From: a virus
Taxonomy: Duplodnaviria > Heunggongvirae > Uroviricota > Caudoviricetes
Virus record (IMG/VR): IMGVR_UViG_3300021979_000001
Span: 2,948 to 66,947 of that record
Direction: 5' to 3' (one strand)
DNA: 64,000 bases
Part shown: positions 18,214-27,771 of the stretch, piece after piece
How positions within the stretch are numbered: position 1 is the stretch's first letter
Layout: each line of letters begins with the position of its first letter
Notes under the pieces: generated by a model
What the model was told of the DNA's origin: nothing
What the model saw: only the letters and a program-made list of their open reading frames with translations
The model's database searches: none
Position numbers and translations under genes: made by a program

Positions 18214-18348
18214 AGGTCAAATCTCCATAATGGGGGGTAAAAATCATAAACAATTGTAGTATTTTTGGTTATATAAAGCAAAGATTAAAATTATTGTTTT
18301 TTGATGATTGGAATGGCATATAACACGGTGTCATCAATAACTTATTTC

Positions 18349-18594
18349 TCAATCAACCAAGTTTGCAATACCAAAACCATAACCGTTACTATCGCCTTCG
18401 GTATTACCTGGACCATCCCCATAACCTTCCCCATTACTTACACTATTACTAAATCCAAAACCATGCCCTGAACCATTACCAAAACTACGACCACAACCAC
18501 CCCCGTATTCTGATATAGCAATATCACCTACGGAATCATCATCACCTGGATAAAAATCGACGATATGATATGATAGTATGACAGTTTTCATCAT
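18349..18594 (-). CDS. Gly-X repeat small protein (outlying, divergent member)
   Basis: N-term MMKTVILSYHIVDFYPGDDDSVGD followed by a GxG-rich core. Confidence 0.5.
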   Translation of the reverse strand: MMKTVILSYHIVDFYPGDDDSVGDIAISEYGGGCGRSFGNGSGHGFGFSNSVSNGEGYGDGPGNTEGDSNGYGFGIANLVD

Positions 18595-18661
18595 TTTTTT
18601 TTCGTTAATAACGACCTGGCGTTGACCTGATAGTAAAGATTACATCGTTTTTAAGGGCCTA

Positions 18662-19147
18662 TTACCGATTATTTGAGGTATACGTCATGGTTTTCAAATT
18701 CAATGTAAATTTATTTCCAGTGTGTTGACTGAATTTTAGGTTGAATTTTTGCAATTGACTAAATTCACGCATGAAAGCATATGCATCTTTCCGGCGATGA
18801 AATCCAATTGAATGATCGATGGAACTATTGATATTTAACGGGTTGTCGGTGGACCATCCTGGATTATATGTTTTTTTATCACTAAACCATCGAAGTTGTT
18901 CATATACTGGTTCAACATTTTCTAATAACCAGAAGAAAACGTTAGTGTTTAAAAACGTATATTTTCCATTTAACGTTGAATCAACCGTAAATATTCTATC
19001 AAAATCGATAGATCGGGTATATTTATTTGGTTGATCGGTGGATTTTGTGTCGTCCCAGTATGGAATTGATATAAGATAATTAACATCAAATAGTTCGTTT
19101 CCCCAAATGTCATTCATTAACGAATAATACCCGTGATATAAATTCAT
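18662..19147 (-). CDS. hypothetical protein (161 aa)
   Basis: intact ORF, no recognisable motif. Confidence 0.4.
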   Translation of the reverse strand: MNLYHGYYSLMNDIWGNELFDVNYLISIPYWDDTKSTDQPNKYTRSIDFDRIFTVDSTLNGKYTFLNTNVFFWLLENVEPVYEQLRWFSDKKTYNPGWSTDNPLNINSSIDHSIGFHRRKDAYAFMREFSQLQKFNLKFSQHTGNKFTLNLKTMTYTSNNR

Positions 19148-19268
19148 TTTTATTTCCTAATTTGGTATAAAAAAACAGCACCGTCCTAACGAACAGTGCT
19201 GCTAGAACAATCTGATGATTGTTGATATAAATTCCGGTCACTCTAACCGCAACAATGCGGATCGAACC

Positions 19269-19664
19269 TTACGAGGATTGTGCGTGTGGTGTCATGTCCA
19301 GCAAGCTGGCAATTGCCACATCGGTGCAAATGGTCAAAGAGTATTCTTCGACGATCACCTTATACGGTGCCGGATGTGAGATTTTGCTGTCATTTGATGT
19401 GCCATATAGTGCCACGCCTTCATACCACGAGGCTTCTTGCACACTTGGCTTGAAATACCACAGCCGTTGTGCATTCTTTATCACAACACCGGTATGATCG
19501 GCGGAGACAACCAGACCGAAATTCAATCCTTCATTTCGGGTGCGAACAAGGCAGTATTTGCCAATTGCAAAATCGGTGACTGGACTGCCGGTAGTTACGT
19601 TGTTCTGCTTGATATAATCAGGAACATCGGTGTTTGGTCCGGCGGCGGCAACTGCTGTTGACAT
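19269..19664 (-). CDS. hypothetical protein (131 aa)
   Basis: intact ORF. Confidence 0.35.
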   Translation of the reverse strand: MSTAVAAAGPNTDVPDYIKQNNVTTGSPVTDFAIGKYCLVRTRNEGLNFGLVVSADHTGVVIKNAQRLWYFKPSVQEASWYEGVALYGTSNDSKISHPAPYKVIVEEYSLTICTDVAIASLLDMTPHAQSS

Positions 19665-19976
19665 GCGTATAAATTCCTAATGAAATGTCTGTTAGTGCCT
19701 GTTCGGGCAAACTGCTATACAGACCGACCAAAAAGTAAGGAAATATGGTTATGCTACACAGTAATACATCATCGTGGTGGTGATATATAACGTGACAAAT
19801 ACACTGACATTACCATTTTCCGGTGGTTAGAGGCGTTATTTGCCTCCGATGGGTCTCACCTTATTCTCGTTCATTTTTGCCGTCAACATAATTTTTTGAA
19901 GAAATCGCAATTTTACAAAAAAAAATCGGTATCCATATATTTCCCCCCGTGTTCGTGGATTATTCCGTATCGAAAA

Positions 19977-20882
19977 ATGATAAATAAAAATATGCAAGTT
20001 TCAGATTTTATGTCACAACAAGACCTTACCGAAATATTCACGCCCAACATCCGCAAAACCGCTGCGGGTGCGTTGGTTGGTGCCGGTCTGGCAGCATCGT
20101 CAATGATTGGGCTTGGGTATGGTCTATCAAATACAACGGACACCACAACAATCAATGAACCACTACCAATACCCAGGGGCAAACCCGAAATTAAATCAAC
20201 ACCAACCCCCAAAATCTCCTCACAGGCGCAGTCTAGCAATATTCCAGCACCTCGCATGCGACCATCTACCAAAGACCTCTCACCGGTTGAATTAAAGGCC
20301 CAGTTCATTGATAAAATGGTGCCTATGATTAAATCAGTGAACGATGGTATCGATGAAGTTAGAAATAAAGTTGAAGAAATTTCACATAAAAAGGTAAAAA
20401 ACAAATCTGATCTTGCATACATCAGTAAGTTGATGTCAGAATATAATGTTACCGATGGCGATATAACAACGTTGATTGCCAGGTTACAACCGATTCCGGT
20501 TAGCCTAGCATTGGCACAAAGTGCAGTAGAAAGCGGTTGGGGAACATCGCGATTATCACAAGATGGTAATGTTATGTTTGGTCAAAAGAAATGGACGGAT
20601 GACGAAAATACCATCAAGGCATCAGAAGATGGCACAAAATATGCGGCATTTGGTGATCCGAAAGATAGTATTGAAGCATATGCCAGAAATCTCAATTCGC
20701 ATCCCGCATATAAGCATTTACGTGCTGCCCGCTGGTGGCTTAAAACAGAAAAGGGTCGCAATGCAACAGGATTAGACCTTGCACCACACTTGACCAAGTA
20801 TTCCACAAAAGGCGATGAATACACTAAACAAATTGCCCGTGTTATTAGACAGAATGATTTAACCAAATGGGATAATTCGTGA
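19977..20882 (+). CDS. peptidoglycan hydrolase, glucosaminidase (FlgJ/Bax-type) domain with N-terminal TM anchor
   Basis: LALAQSAVESGWGTSRL matches the glucosaminidase signature; hydrophobic AAGALVGAGLAASSMIGLGYGL segment; start chosen at ATG 19977 (track starts at 19896). Confidence 0.6.
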   Translation: MINKNMQVSDFMSQQDLTEIFTPNIRKTAAGALVGAGLAASSMIGLGYGLSNTTDTTTINEPLPIPRGKPEIKSTPTPKISSQAQSSNIPAPRMRPSTKDLSPVELKAQFIDKMVPMIKSVNDGIDEVRNKVEEISHKKVKNKSDLAYISKLMSEYNVTDGDITTLIARLQPIPVSLALAQSAVESGWGTSRLSQDGNVMFGQKKWTDDENTIKASEDGTKYAAFGDPKDSIEAYARNLNSHPAYKHLRAARWWLKTEKGRNATGLDLAPHLTKYSTKGDEYTKQIARVIRQNDLTKWDNS

Positions 20883-21577
20883 CCAATATTGCGGTAATCA
20901 GTATGCCACGAACCGGATCATCTATCATTATGGTATTGCTAACTGGCGATAGGGTGAATCTTGGTGAAATAACCAATAAAGATCGTCTTACCCAACATTA
21001 CATTGGATGTAATAATACCAATATCAAAATACCGTTGACGGTAGATGATGTTTTTACTACGTTAAATCAACGACATATCAGTTATATTGCAAAATTTCAT
21101 TTATTACAAAACATCGAGTATGGATTTGATACAAAATTATTTGATGTTCGGGTATTTACGCATAGATTGGATGTTGTTCAATCATGTCTGTCCTTAATGA
21201 TAGCCAGAAAAACGGGTATATATTCATCTACTGATAAGCTATCGGTATTGCCATTTGCAGTTGACATTAAAAAGTTTACTACCGAACTTAATGCACGAAT
21301 GCAGTTTCTACGTCATTTCGTTGATACCAATCTTGATGATATTGATTTTGTTATATCATATGAAAATGATTTGTCTGAATTAAAGCAATATTTTGGTTAT
21401 AGCGATGGTCCAGGACAACTTGTGGAAAATTACCCGGATAAAAATGAAATTATCACAAACTATAACGAATTGATTAATATTGCCGCCCCGTATTCGGGCG
21501 AAATAGACGAAATCAATGATATTATCATGGAAAAGAAAAAGGCCACCTTATTAAATGACCTTTTATCGATAATATGA
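20879..21577 (+). CDS. Stf0-like sulfotransferase (putative)
   Basis: VISMPRTGSSII resembles the 5'-PSB loop (PRSGSTLL) and RLDVVQSCLSLMIARKTG the 3'-PB region; GTG start overlaps the upstream stop (alternative ATG at 20903). Confidence 0.45.
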   Translation: MTNIAVISMPRTGSSIIMVLLTGDRVNLGEITNKDRLTQHYIGCNNTNIKIPLTVDDVFTTLNQRHISYIAKFHLLQNIEYGFDTKLFDVRVFTHRLDVVQSCLSLMIARKTGIYSSTDKLSVLPFAVDIKKFTTELNARMQFLRHFVDTNLDDIDFVISYENDLSELKQYFGYSDGPGQLVENYPDKNEIITNYNELINIAAPYSGEIDEINDIIMEKKKATLLNDLLSII

Positions 21578-21578
21578 C

Positions 21579-22667
21579 TTACTTGAACTGATCACCAAAC
21601 GGATCAAAATCTTTTCCGCATGTTTTGGCACATACTTTTAATTTACCTGCGGCACAACTTGGTTTTGACCATGTGCTTTCGATGTAATTGAACATTGGCC
21701 CGGCTAAAATCTTTTCAACTGAAACCATGATACCATTGATTGCATCTTTGCCACCAACATGCTCGATTATTTTCCAAAGAGGCGATGATTTTGGTTCCAA
21801 ATACCATACATAAAGCTGGTTGGCGGTCCAACAGCATGGAAATACCAAACCTTCTGCCGATATATATATTGACCCTTCGGTATCAGTTTTGCAGGTGATC
21901 GGGGTATTATCCAAATAATTTTGCAAGCTACCATGCTTCGCAATTAATGATTGTTCCTGTTGCAAAGCATTGTTTTGGTATTGCGGATCAATTGGTTTTT
22001 CCAGGACGTGTTTTACGGTCCCATCCTTACCCATAACATCTTGCGAATCTTTGCCTTTTAGTTGGTTATTTGAGAAGAACCGCCCGGTTTTTTTAACCTG
22101 GAAGTGAATAAAACCCATTTCTGCGGCAAGGGTGCGGGCATCGTCCACCTGGTGTTCATTGTGTTTGAAAACAATATAATCCCAAATTGCGCGGCCACCA
22201 GATTGAATAAATGATTCCACATTACGCATAATAACATCGAACCGGCATCCTTGACGATACAGATGATTTGTATCATCAAGACCATCAATACCAAACCGAA
22301 CACTGTCACCTTTTTTTGATAACAGTTTACCGAGTTCTCCCCACCATTCGGGATTTTTCGCGCTACCATTGGTATTCATACCAAGGGTAATATTTGGGTT
22401 CATTTCTCGGAAATATTTCATTACGTCCAAGGTATCTTGGGCTGCAATTGGGTCGCCAAAATTACCACACATGTAAATTCGATTAAGACTTAGTAAAAAT
22501 TCCTTTGTGAAGATTTTTTTACAATCATCTAACGTCAATTCGGTAATCGGCAGGGATGGGTTTACCCATGTTCCAAGGACATTTCGTCCACATTGCGGGC
22601 ATGATGCATTGCATCTGGATGTGATTTCCAAATGCACAGTTTTAATACGAGAATATTCAAATGCCAT
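21579..22667 (-). CDS. radical SAM protein with C-terminal Cys-rich (SPASM/twitch-like) region
   Basis: CNASCPQC (CxxxCxxC) near the N-terminus; C-terminal PCCW...CAAGKLKVCAKTC; paralog of the gene at 50881..51966. Confidence 0.65.
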   Translation of the reverse strand: MAFEYSRIKTVHLEITSRCNASCPQCGRNVLGTWVNPSLPITELTLDDCKKIFTKEFLLSLNRIYMCGNFGDPIAAQDTLDVMKYFREMNPNITLGMNTNGSAKNPEWWGELGKLLSKKGDSVRFGIDGLDDTNHLYRQGCRFDVIMRNVESFIQSGGRAIWDYIVFKHNEHQVDDARTLAAEMGFIHFQVKKTGRFFSNNQLKGKDSQDVMGKDGTVKHVLEKPIDPQYQNNALQQEQSLIAKHGSLQNYLDNTPITCKTDTEGSIYISAEGLVFPCCWTANQLYVWYLEPKSSPLWKIIEHVGGKDAINGIMVSVEKILAGPMFNYIESTWSKPSCAAGKLKVCAKTCGKDFDPFGDQFK

Positions 22668-22672
22668 GATTT

Positions 22673-22939
22673 TTAATCCCAGGTAAGATAAAACAGAATT
22701 GCGCTATCTATATCATTAAAAAGCCAAAATTGCGGATTGAATTGCTTCGTTATTATATTATTGTCATTGCACCATTTTGTAATTTCATTTTGCACCAAGT
22801 ATGCTTTATCAAAGTCGATTTTAACAACCGTGTTAAATGAAACGTTGCGTAGTATATCACACAAATGGTCATTCACAATATTACCCCCGATAGGACCGTA
22901 AGTATGTGAAAAGTGATCAATCGACATTATTTTATTCAT
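22673..22939 (-). CDS. hypothetical protein (88 aa)
   Basis: intact ORF, overlaps the downstream gene by 4 nt. Confidence 0.4.
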   Translation of the reverse strand: MNKIMSIDHFSHTYGPIGGNIVNDHLCDILRNVSFNTVVKIDFDKAYLVQNEITKWCNDNNIITKQFNPQFWLFNDIDSAILFYLTWD

Positions 22940-23637
22940 TTTATACCAATCATCATAAAACGGGTATAATTGGCGGTGCTAATATATTTGTCTCCTTCGA
23001 ACATAACATTTGTCATTGGGGCCATTGCTTTAAACTCGCCAATACTGTTCACACAATTGATGTGATCGCGTCCACCAAATAGGTTATTTGATTGGATAAC
23101 GCATAGCGTTCCAGACGGAATCATGTTCCACCAGGTAGCAACATCAATATGTTCGCATGATGTATTAACGATCACATCGGGACGTTCATGTAATGTTACA
23201 ACAGACCCATCAGATCGTTTCGTATCATATTTATGTCCCGTATAATCAATATTGAACATATCACCGGTTGATGCCTTGAACCGCCATCCATTTACAACAT
23301 ATGGTATTTTATTTACCGCTTCTGCAATAACGGCGCATTCGGGATCGATGTCAAAACTTCGAATAACTCCTATATCAAGATTTGATCTGAACAGCATTGC
23401 GGGTAGTGTTCCCAGCCATCCCCCCAGAATGAACATAGTGGTCATTTTGGGATTGATTTTTGTTAGTTCCGCAACCAGCCATTTTTTTGATTGGAGTTGC
23501 CCCCATGACAATGCATCGTCCCAATACGCATCTGGATATTGGGATATAGCTTTGCGTAAATTAGATAAAAACTGGTCATCTGTGATATATTCCAGCTTAT
23601 GTAAAATATCATGCGATTGTATCATAAACGTGGTCAC
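22936..23637 (-). CDS. hypothetical protein, possible methyltransferase-like fold
   Basis: ILGGWLGTLP glycine-rich motif; otherwise unassigned. Confidence 0.4.
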   Translation of the reverse strand: MTTFMIQSHDILHKLEYITDDQFLSNLRKAISQYPDAYWDDALSWGQLQSKKWLVAELTKINPKMTTMFILGGWLGTLPAMLFRSNLDIGVIRSFDIDPECAVIAEAVNKIPYVVNGWRFKASTGDMFNIDYTGHKYDTKRSDGSVVTLHERPDVIVNTSCEHIDVATWWNMIPSGTLCVIQSNNLFGGRDHINCVNSIGEFKAMAPMTNVMFEGDKYISTANYTRFMMIGIK

Positions 23638-24349
23638 TCTTTTTAAATTGTTCAGTTAGCCAGTTCCAATCATTGATTTTCGCCAACTCGGGTTGATTAT
23701 CGCAATATTTGATACCATATTGTTCGCCCGCTTTTGCACCAGCTATTGAGAACTGACCATATTCACGATCAGTGCCCATCGTTTTCCACGTGGATAATCG
23801 TTGTTCGGTTTCAAAATCCTTTTGGTTTTTTATCGTTTTGCTTGACAACTTAACACATTCACGAAATGCGCTTTTCCAGGTCTCAAATGGTGATGTATTA
23901 TATCGTGTTTCAGAAACCAGTTCATTAACTATATGATATGATGTGGTTACAGATGTCGTCATGTCAATACTAGTGGTATCCACATCTATCAAATGTCTGG
24001 TAGAAAATAGCTTGATTGCACCATATCCATAAACCAAATCATTGACTGCATTTTTACACCGATACACATGGACTCCATTTGGGTCTGGTTCAAATGATGG
24101 GATAAATTCAAATTTATCATAGACCCAATTATCTGCATCAACGGTGAAGAAAAAATCAGTAGTTGATTGCTGCGCACATGCCATATGGGCGGCATGAATG
24201 CCGGTCACACCATGAACACGATCTGCCCATGGTGCAACATCTAACAATCTTGCATAATTCTGTTCGCTATTTGGTTCATTGTAACTTAAAAAGAATATGT
24301 CATACATTGATAAAAATCTTCGTTTTTGTTTATACGTGTCATACGTCAT
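23609..24349 (-). CDS. member 1 of a 3-paralog family (FFLSYNEP...HGVTGIH...C...VDADN), function unknown
   Basis: MYDIFFLSYNEP, HGVTGIHAAHMACAQ and TVDADN motifs shared with the genes at 24568..25470 and 25467..26123. Confidence 0.55.
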   Translation of the reverse strand: MTYDTYKQKRRFLSMYDIFFLSYNEPNSEQNYARLLDVAPWADRVHGVTGIHAAHMACAQQSTTDFFFTVDADNWVYDKFEFIPSFEPDPNGVHVYRCKNAVNDLVYGYGAIKLFSTRHLIDVDTTSIDMTTSVTTSYHIVNELVSETRYNTSPFETWKSAFRECVKLSSKTIKNQKDFETEQRLSTWKTMGTDREYGQFSIAGAKAGEQYGIKYCDNQPELAKINDWNWLTEQFKKSDHVYDTIA

Positions 24350-24578
24350 CCCAAGTCACCAGTTCAATATATTGTGCTGGGCCAACCTCACTGGGCAATC
24401 CCCCATATTCATTAACGTAATGACGTATGATCGCTTTGTAAAATCCTTGGCTATCATGATGTGCTTCACGTGTGAAGACGTATAATTCATTATTGCCATA
24501 TTTGTAATGGGCCATCGCAAGACTAGACTCGGTTTGTAACTTCAATAAATCCATGGCATCAAACATATTATAATACAA
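24339..24578 (-). CDS. hypothetical small protein (79 aa)
   Basis: fills the gap between two paralog genes with 4-nt overlaps. Confidence 0.3.
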   Translation of the reverse strand: MYYNMFDAMDLLKLQTESSLAMAHYKYGNNELYVFTREAHHDSQGFYKAIIRHYVNEYGGLPSEVGPAQYIELVTWDDV

Positions 24579-25470
24579 CCTTATCCATATTAGGGAACAT
24601 CAAACCTGATCGAACCGGGTTAATGTATGTCATCTTTACCCACCGACTAGCATCAGGTCCAAGCATTGGTAAATGAAGTCCCAAATGATGTTCTAATAGT
24701 TTGCCATATTTTTCTGCATTCGTCCAGGCACACTCATTTTTATGGGTAATCCATTCTGAATCAAACCAGTCGTAATTATTGATATTAGATATGGATTTAT
24801 GTAATACCCAAGTATCATAAAGACCTAATCTTGCACCATATATTGCCTCTCGACCATGCGTCACATCACTACCAACACACAACCACATCATTAACCGGGA
24901 AAGATTTGATTTGGCAATACGATCAATATCCCACTTGTTATCATCGGGTTTGATGCCATTAGGTAAACTCAATTTTACGCCTTCTCGATACCCCGCACGA
25001 AAGGCTTGATATGCCGATTGGTTACACATTACTGTTGACCCCAATTGATCAATTTGCATATAACGCAATGACCAACAAAAATCAGTTGTGTCGCGACCAA
25101 CGGTTGCATTTTCATGTGTTTTCATATTGACAATATTAACCGGCCAGCATTTGATTCCACCGTTCCCATATGCCAACCCATTGATGATATTTGTTGCTTT
25201 AAACGAATAAACCACATCTTCTAAATTAGTATCATCAAATTCATATTCGAAAATATTTGGATTGATTTCGTTGTCACCATCAATTGTTACAAATCTGGGC
25301 GTTTTGCTCAATCGTGCCGCCCGTTTATGGGCTTTATCAAAACCTTTAACCCCATGAATTCGATGAACCTGCGGGAAATAACCTTCAATTTTCTCATAAA
25401 AGGAATCTGCATATGGTTCATCGTAACTAATGTAAAAAATATCCAGGTCAGATAATCGATAGGTTGTCAT
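24568..25470 (-). CDS. member 2 of the 3-paralog family, with a long C-terminal extension
   Basis: LDIFYISYDEP, HGVKGFDKAH and TIDGDNE motifs. Confidence 0.55.
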   Translation of the reverse strand: MTTYRLSDLDIFYISYDEPYADSFYEKIEGYFPQVHRIHGVKGFDKAHKRAARLSKTPRFVTIDGDNEINPNIFEYEFDDTNLEDVVYSFKATNIINGLAYGNGGIKCWPVNIVNMKTHENATVGRDTTDFCWSLRYMQIDQLGSTVMCNQSAYQAFRAGYREGVKLSLPNGIKPDDNKWDIDRIAKSNLSRLMMWLCVGSDVTHGREAIYGARLGLYDTWVLHKSISNINNYDWFDSEWITHKNECAWTNAEKYGKLLEHHLGLHLPMLGPDASRWVKMTYINPVRSGLMFPNMDKVVL

Positions 25471-26123
25471 TTTATATCCTCAAATTTTAATTTTAGCCAA
25501 GCAAAGTCGTTGATTTTTTTCAACGCGGTTATGTTGTGTTTATTGCGTAATCCATACTGTTCTCCGGCAACTGCGCCTTTGACTACCATATTCGCCCCAT
25601 ACCCGGTTCCAGGATGTTTCCATTGTTCAAGGCGATTAGCATTTTCATAATCATCGGAAACTGCAAGTTTTACGCATTCACGAAATGCTGCTCGCCAACA
25701 ATCGAAATCTGATGAATTATAATGTGTGATTGACTTGACTTCGGGGATAATTTTTAGTTCAAAAGAAGTGGTCATGTCTAATGGTTGATCTGACATATTA
25801 AGAACAATTTCTTTTGGAAATAGTTTTATACCACCCCAGCCATATTCTAACCCGTTAACTGGGTTTCGTGCATACCAAAGATGCACATATTTGCGATCCC
25901 ATGCGGAAAGTTTGATGGTGAAATCAAAATCAATAATTTCTGAATCCGCATCAATAACAAAAAAATTTCTGGTTTTGGATAGCTTGGCGCACTCATAATG
26001 TGCATTATGAATTCCGGTTATTCCAGACACATGCGACGAATGCGGTGCATGTCGAACAAGTTTTTTCCAATGTTGTTGTGCCATTGGTTCATTATAACTT
26101 AAGAAAAAAACGTCATACATCAT
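25467..26123 (-). CDS. member 3 of the 3-paralog family
   Basis: MYDVFFLSYNEP, SGITGIHNAHYECAK and VIDADSE motifs. Confidence 0.55.
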   Translation of the reverse strand: MMYDVFFLSYNEPMAQQHWKKLVRHAPHSSHVSGITGIHNAHYECAKLSKTRNFFVIDADSEIIDFDFTIKLSAWDRKYVHLWYARNPVNGLEYGWGGIKLFPKEIVLNMSDQPLDMTTSFELKIIPEVKSITHYNSSDFDCWRAAFRECVKLAVSDDYENANRLEQWKHPGTGYGANMVVKGAVAGEQYGLRNKHNITALKKINDFAWLKLKFEDIK

Positions 26124-26297
26124 TTAACTTTCGGCTTTATTCCAATGACCATTATAATACCGAAATCGATAGTCAAAATCCATATATTTAAAAAAACTCA
26201 CAAAATGCTATTTTTATGTTGACGAAATTTTTTTAGCGTTTAATATACACGTTATCGACAGGGGAAACGGTTTCCCTTAAAAAAAATTCTTTGATGA

Positions 26298-26870
26298 ATG
26301 GAAAAACAAATGTCTAATGCAAATCTTTTTGGTTCTAAACCCAGTGATCGCGTTGCTGTGTTTTTCGACGGGGCGAACCTGTTTGCCAGCACTCGGGCCT
26401 TGGACGTTCACTTGGATTATTCCAAGCTGACCGAAGCCCTGGGCACGGGATGCAACATGATGCGGATGTATTACTACACCGCCCTGCCGGATGGTGATGC
26501 TCAATGCGCGGTTCGTCCGCTTGTGGATTGGCTCGACTATAACGGCTATACCATGGTCACGAAGCCAACCAAGGAATTCACCGACTCCGCAACTGGTTTG
26601 CGGAAAATCAAAGGTAACATGGACATCGAAATTGCAATTGATGTGATGGAAATGGCACCGCACCTTGACCATGTGATCCTGTTTTCCGGTGATGGCGATT
26701 TCCGGCGTCTGGTTGAGGCGGTTCAACGCAAAGGGGTGCGCGTTACTGTTGTATCGACCGTCAAATCGAACCCATCGATGATTGCGGATGAACTTCGTCG
26801 CCAGGCCGACAAATTCGTCGAACTTGCGGACATCATGTCGTATGTCGTGCGGGATGTGCGGGAGAAATAA
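26298..26870 (+). CDS. NYN/LabA-like domain protein (putative RNA nuclease)
   Basis: VAVFFDGANL ... IDVMEMAPHLDHVILFSGDGDFRRLVEAVQRKGVRVTVV is typical of the LabA/NYN fold; clearly GC-richer than the flanks. Confidence 0.65.
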   Translation: MEKQMSNANLFGSKPSDRVAVFFDGANLFASTRALDVHLDYSKLTEALGTGCNMMRMYYYTALPDGDAQCAVRPLVDWLDYNGYTMVTKPTKEFTDSATGLRKIKGNMDIEIAIDVMEMAPHLDHVILFSGDGDFRRLVEAVQRKGVRVTVVSTVKSNPSMIADELRRQADKFVELADIMSYVVRDVREK

Positions 26871-26906
26871 TTCCATCATACCAGCACGGTTAGTTATTAA
26901 TCAAAA

Positions 26907-26935
26907 AAGCGGTCCTTTATGGGCCGCTTTTTTTG
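26907..26935 (+). terminator. rho-independent terminator after the NYN gene
   Basis: gcggtcc-tttat-gggccgc hairpin (one G-U pair) followed by a run of 7 T. Confidence 0.5.
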
Positions 26936-27033
26936 TAAATAAACTCAATTACCATTGGGTTATAATTACGCGATGGATTGCTGATTTAAAAATAGACTTT
27001 TAAAGTAATCATCAAGTATTATAACTCAAATTA

Positions 27034-27771
27034 TTGAGTTATTTTGTTATGAATACTTTATCGATAAATGAACTAAGAAATGATTTAAAAGAATCAACAA
27101 ATAATATGTCCTGGACCGTAAGTAATATTATCACCGATGATGGTCTTTTACTACCACCAACGTCCGATTCTAAAGAAATATCGAAGTTATTAGAGCGACA
27201 AGCGGAAATACATTTGAGCAAGATTGCGGATAAGTATGGGTATGTTTTTGAAACAAGTAGTAGACAAAATACATACCCGGACGGAACATTAACAAAATAT
27301 GATGCTGGCAGAATACTCCATAGAATAGCAATAGATGCAAAAAGCACGTTTGAAAAACCATCCATGAATTTGACACTTGGTAGCTACACATCATTTTTAT
27401 TGAACGACAATAAAAGCATTACATATCCATATTCGACATATGATGACCATTGGGTTATGATTTTTACATATCGTCGAACAGAGGATGGTTCTTATGATTC
27501 AGTCAGATGGTATTTAACTGAAAAAGCCCGCATCACCGGGTTGGTGGCGGGTAGCGGCAACACAAAAAATATAGGGAGTGTTCGTTTCAGAAAAGTAGAT
27601 GATTTAACATCAATTAATGGGCCATTTGCCCGTTTCAAAAACATGAAAGGGGCTTCTGATCACTATTGGCGCAACTATGATCGTTTGCGCAAAGAAATCA
27701 AAAGCCCTGGCGATTTGATAATGCACCCGGAATTTGTTCAATTCACAAATCTGGAACGTAGTAATTGTTGA
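27034..27771 (+). CDS. hypothetical protein (245 aa)
   Basis: intact ORF. Confidence 0.4.
   Translation: MSYFVMNTLSINELRNDLKESTNNMSWTVSNIITDDGLLLPPTSDSKEISKLLERQAEIHLSKIADKYGYVFETSSRQNTYPDGTLTKYDAGRILHRIAIDAKSTFEKPSMNLTLGSYTSFLLNDNKSITYPYSTYDDHWVMIFTYRRTEDGSYDSVRWYLTEKARITGLVAGSGNTKNIGSVRFRKVDDLTSINGPFARFKNMKGASDHYWRNYDRLRKEIKSPGDLIMHPEFVQFTNLERSNC

Noticed and set aside
18030-18281. 83-aa ORF overlapping the Cys-rich gene in another frame
   Set aside because: It overlaps most of a more plausible Cys-rich zinc-ribbon ORF. It has no RBS or motif.
26277-26879. 200-aa ORF antisense to the NYN gene
   Set aside because: It is the mirror of a well-supported domain-bearing gene in a GC-rich segment where long antisense ORFs arise by chance. 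It has no motif.
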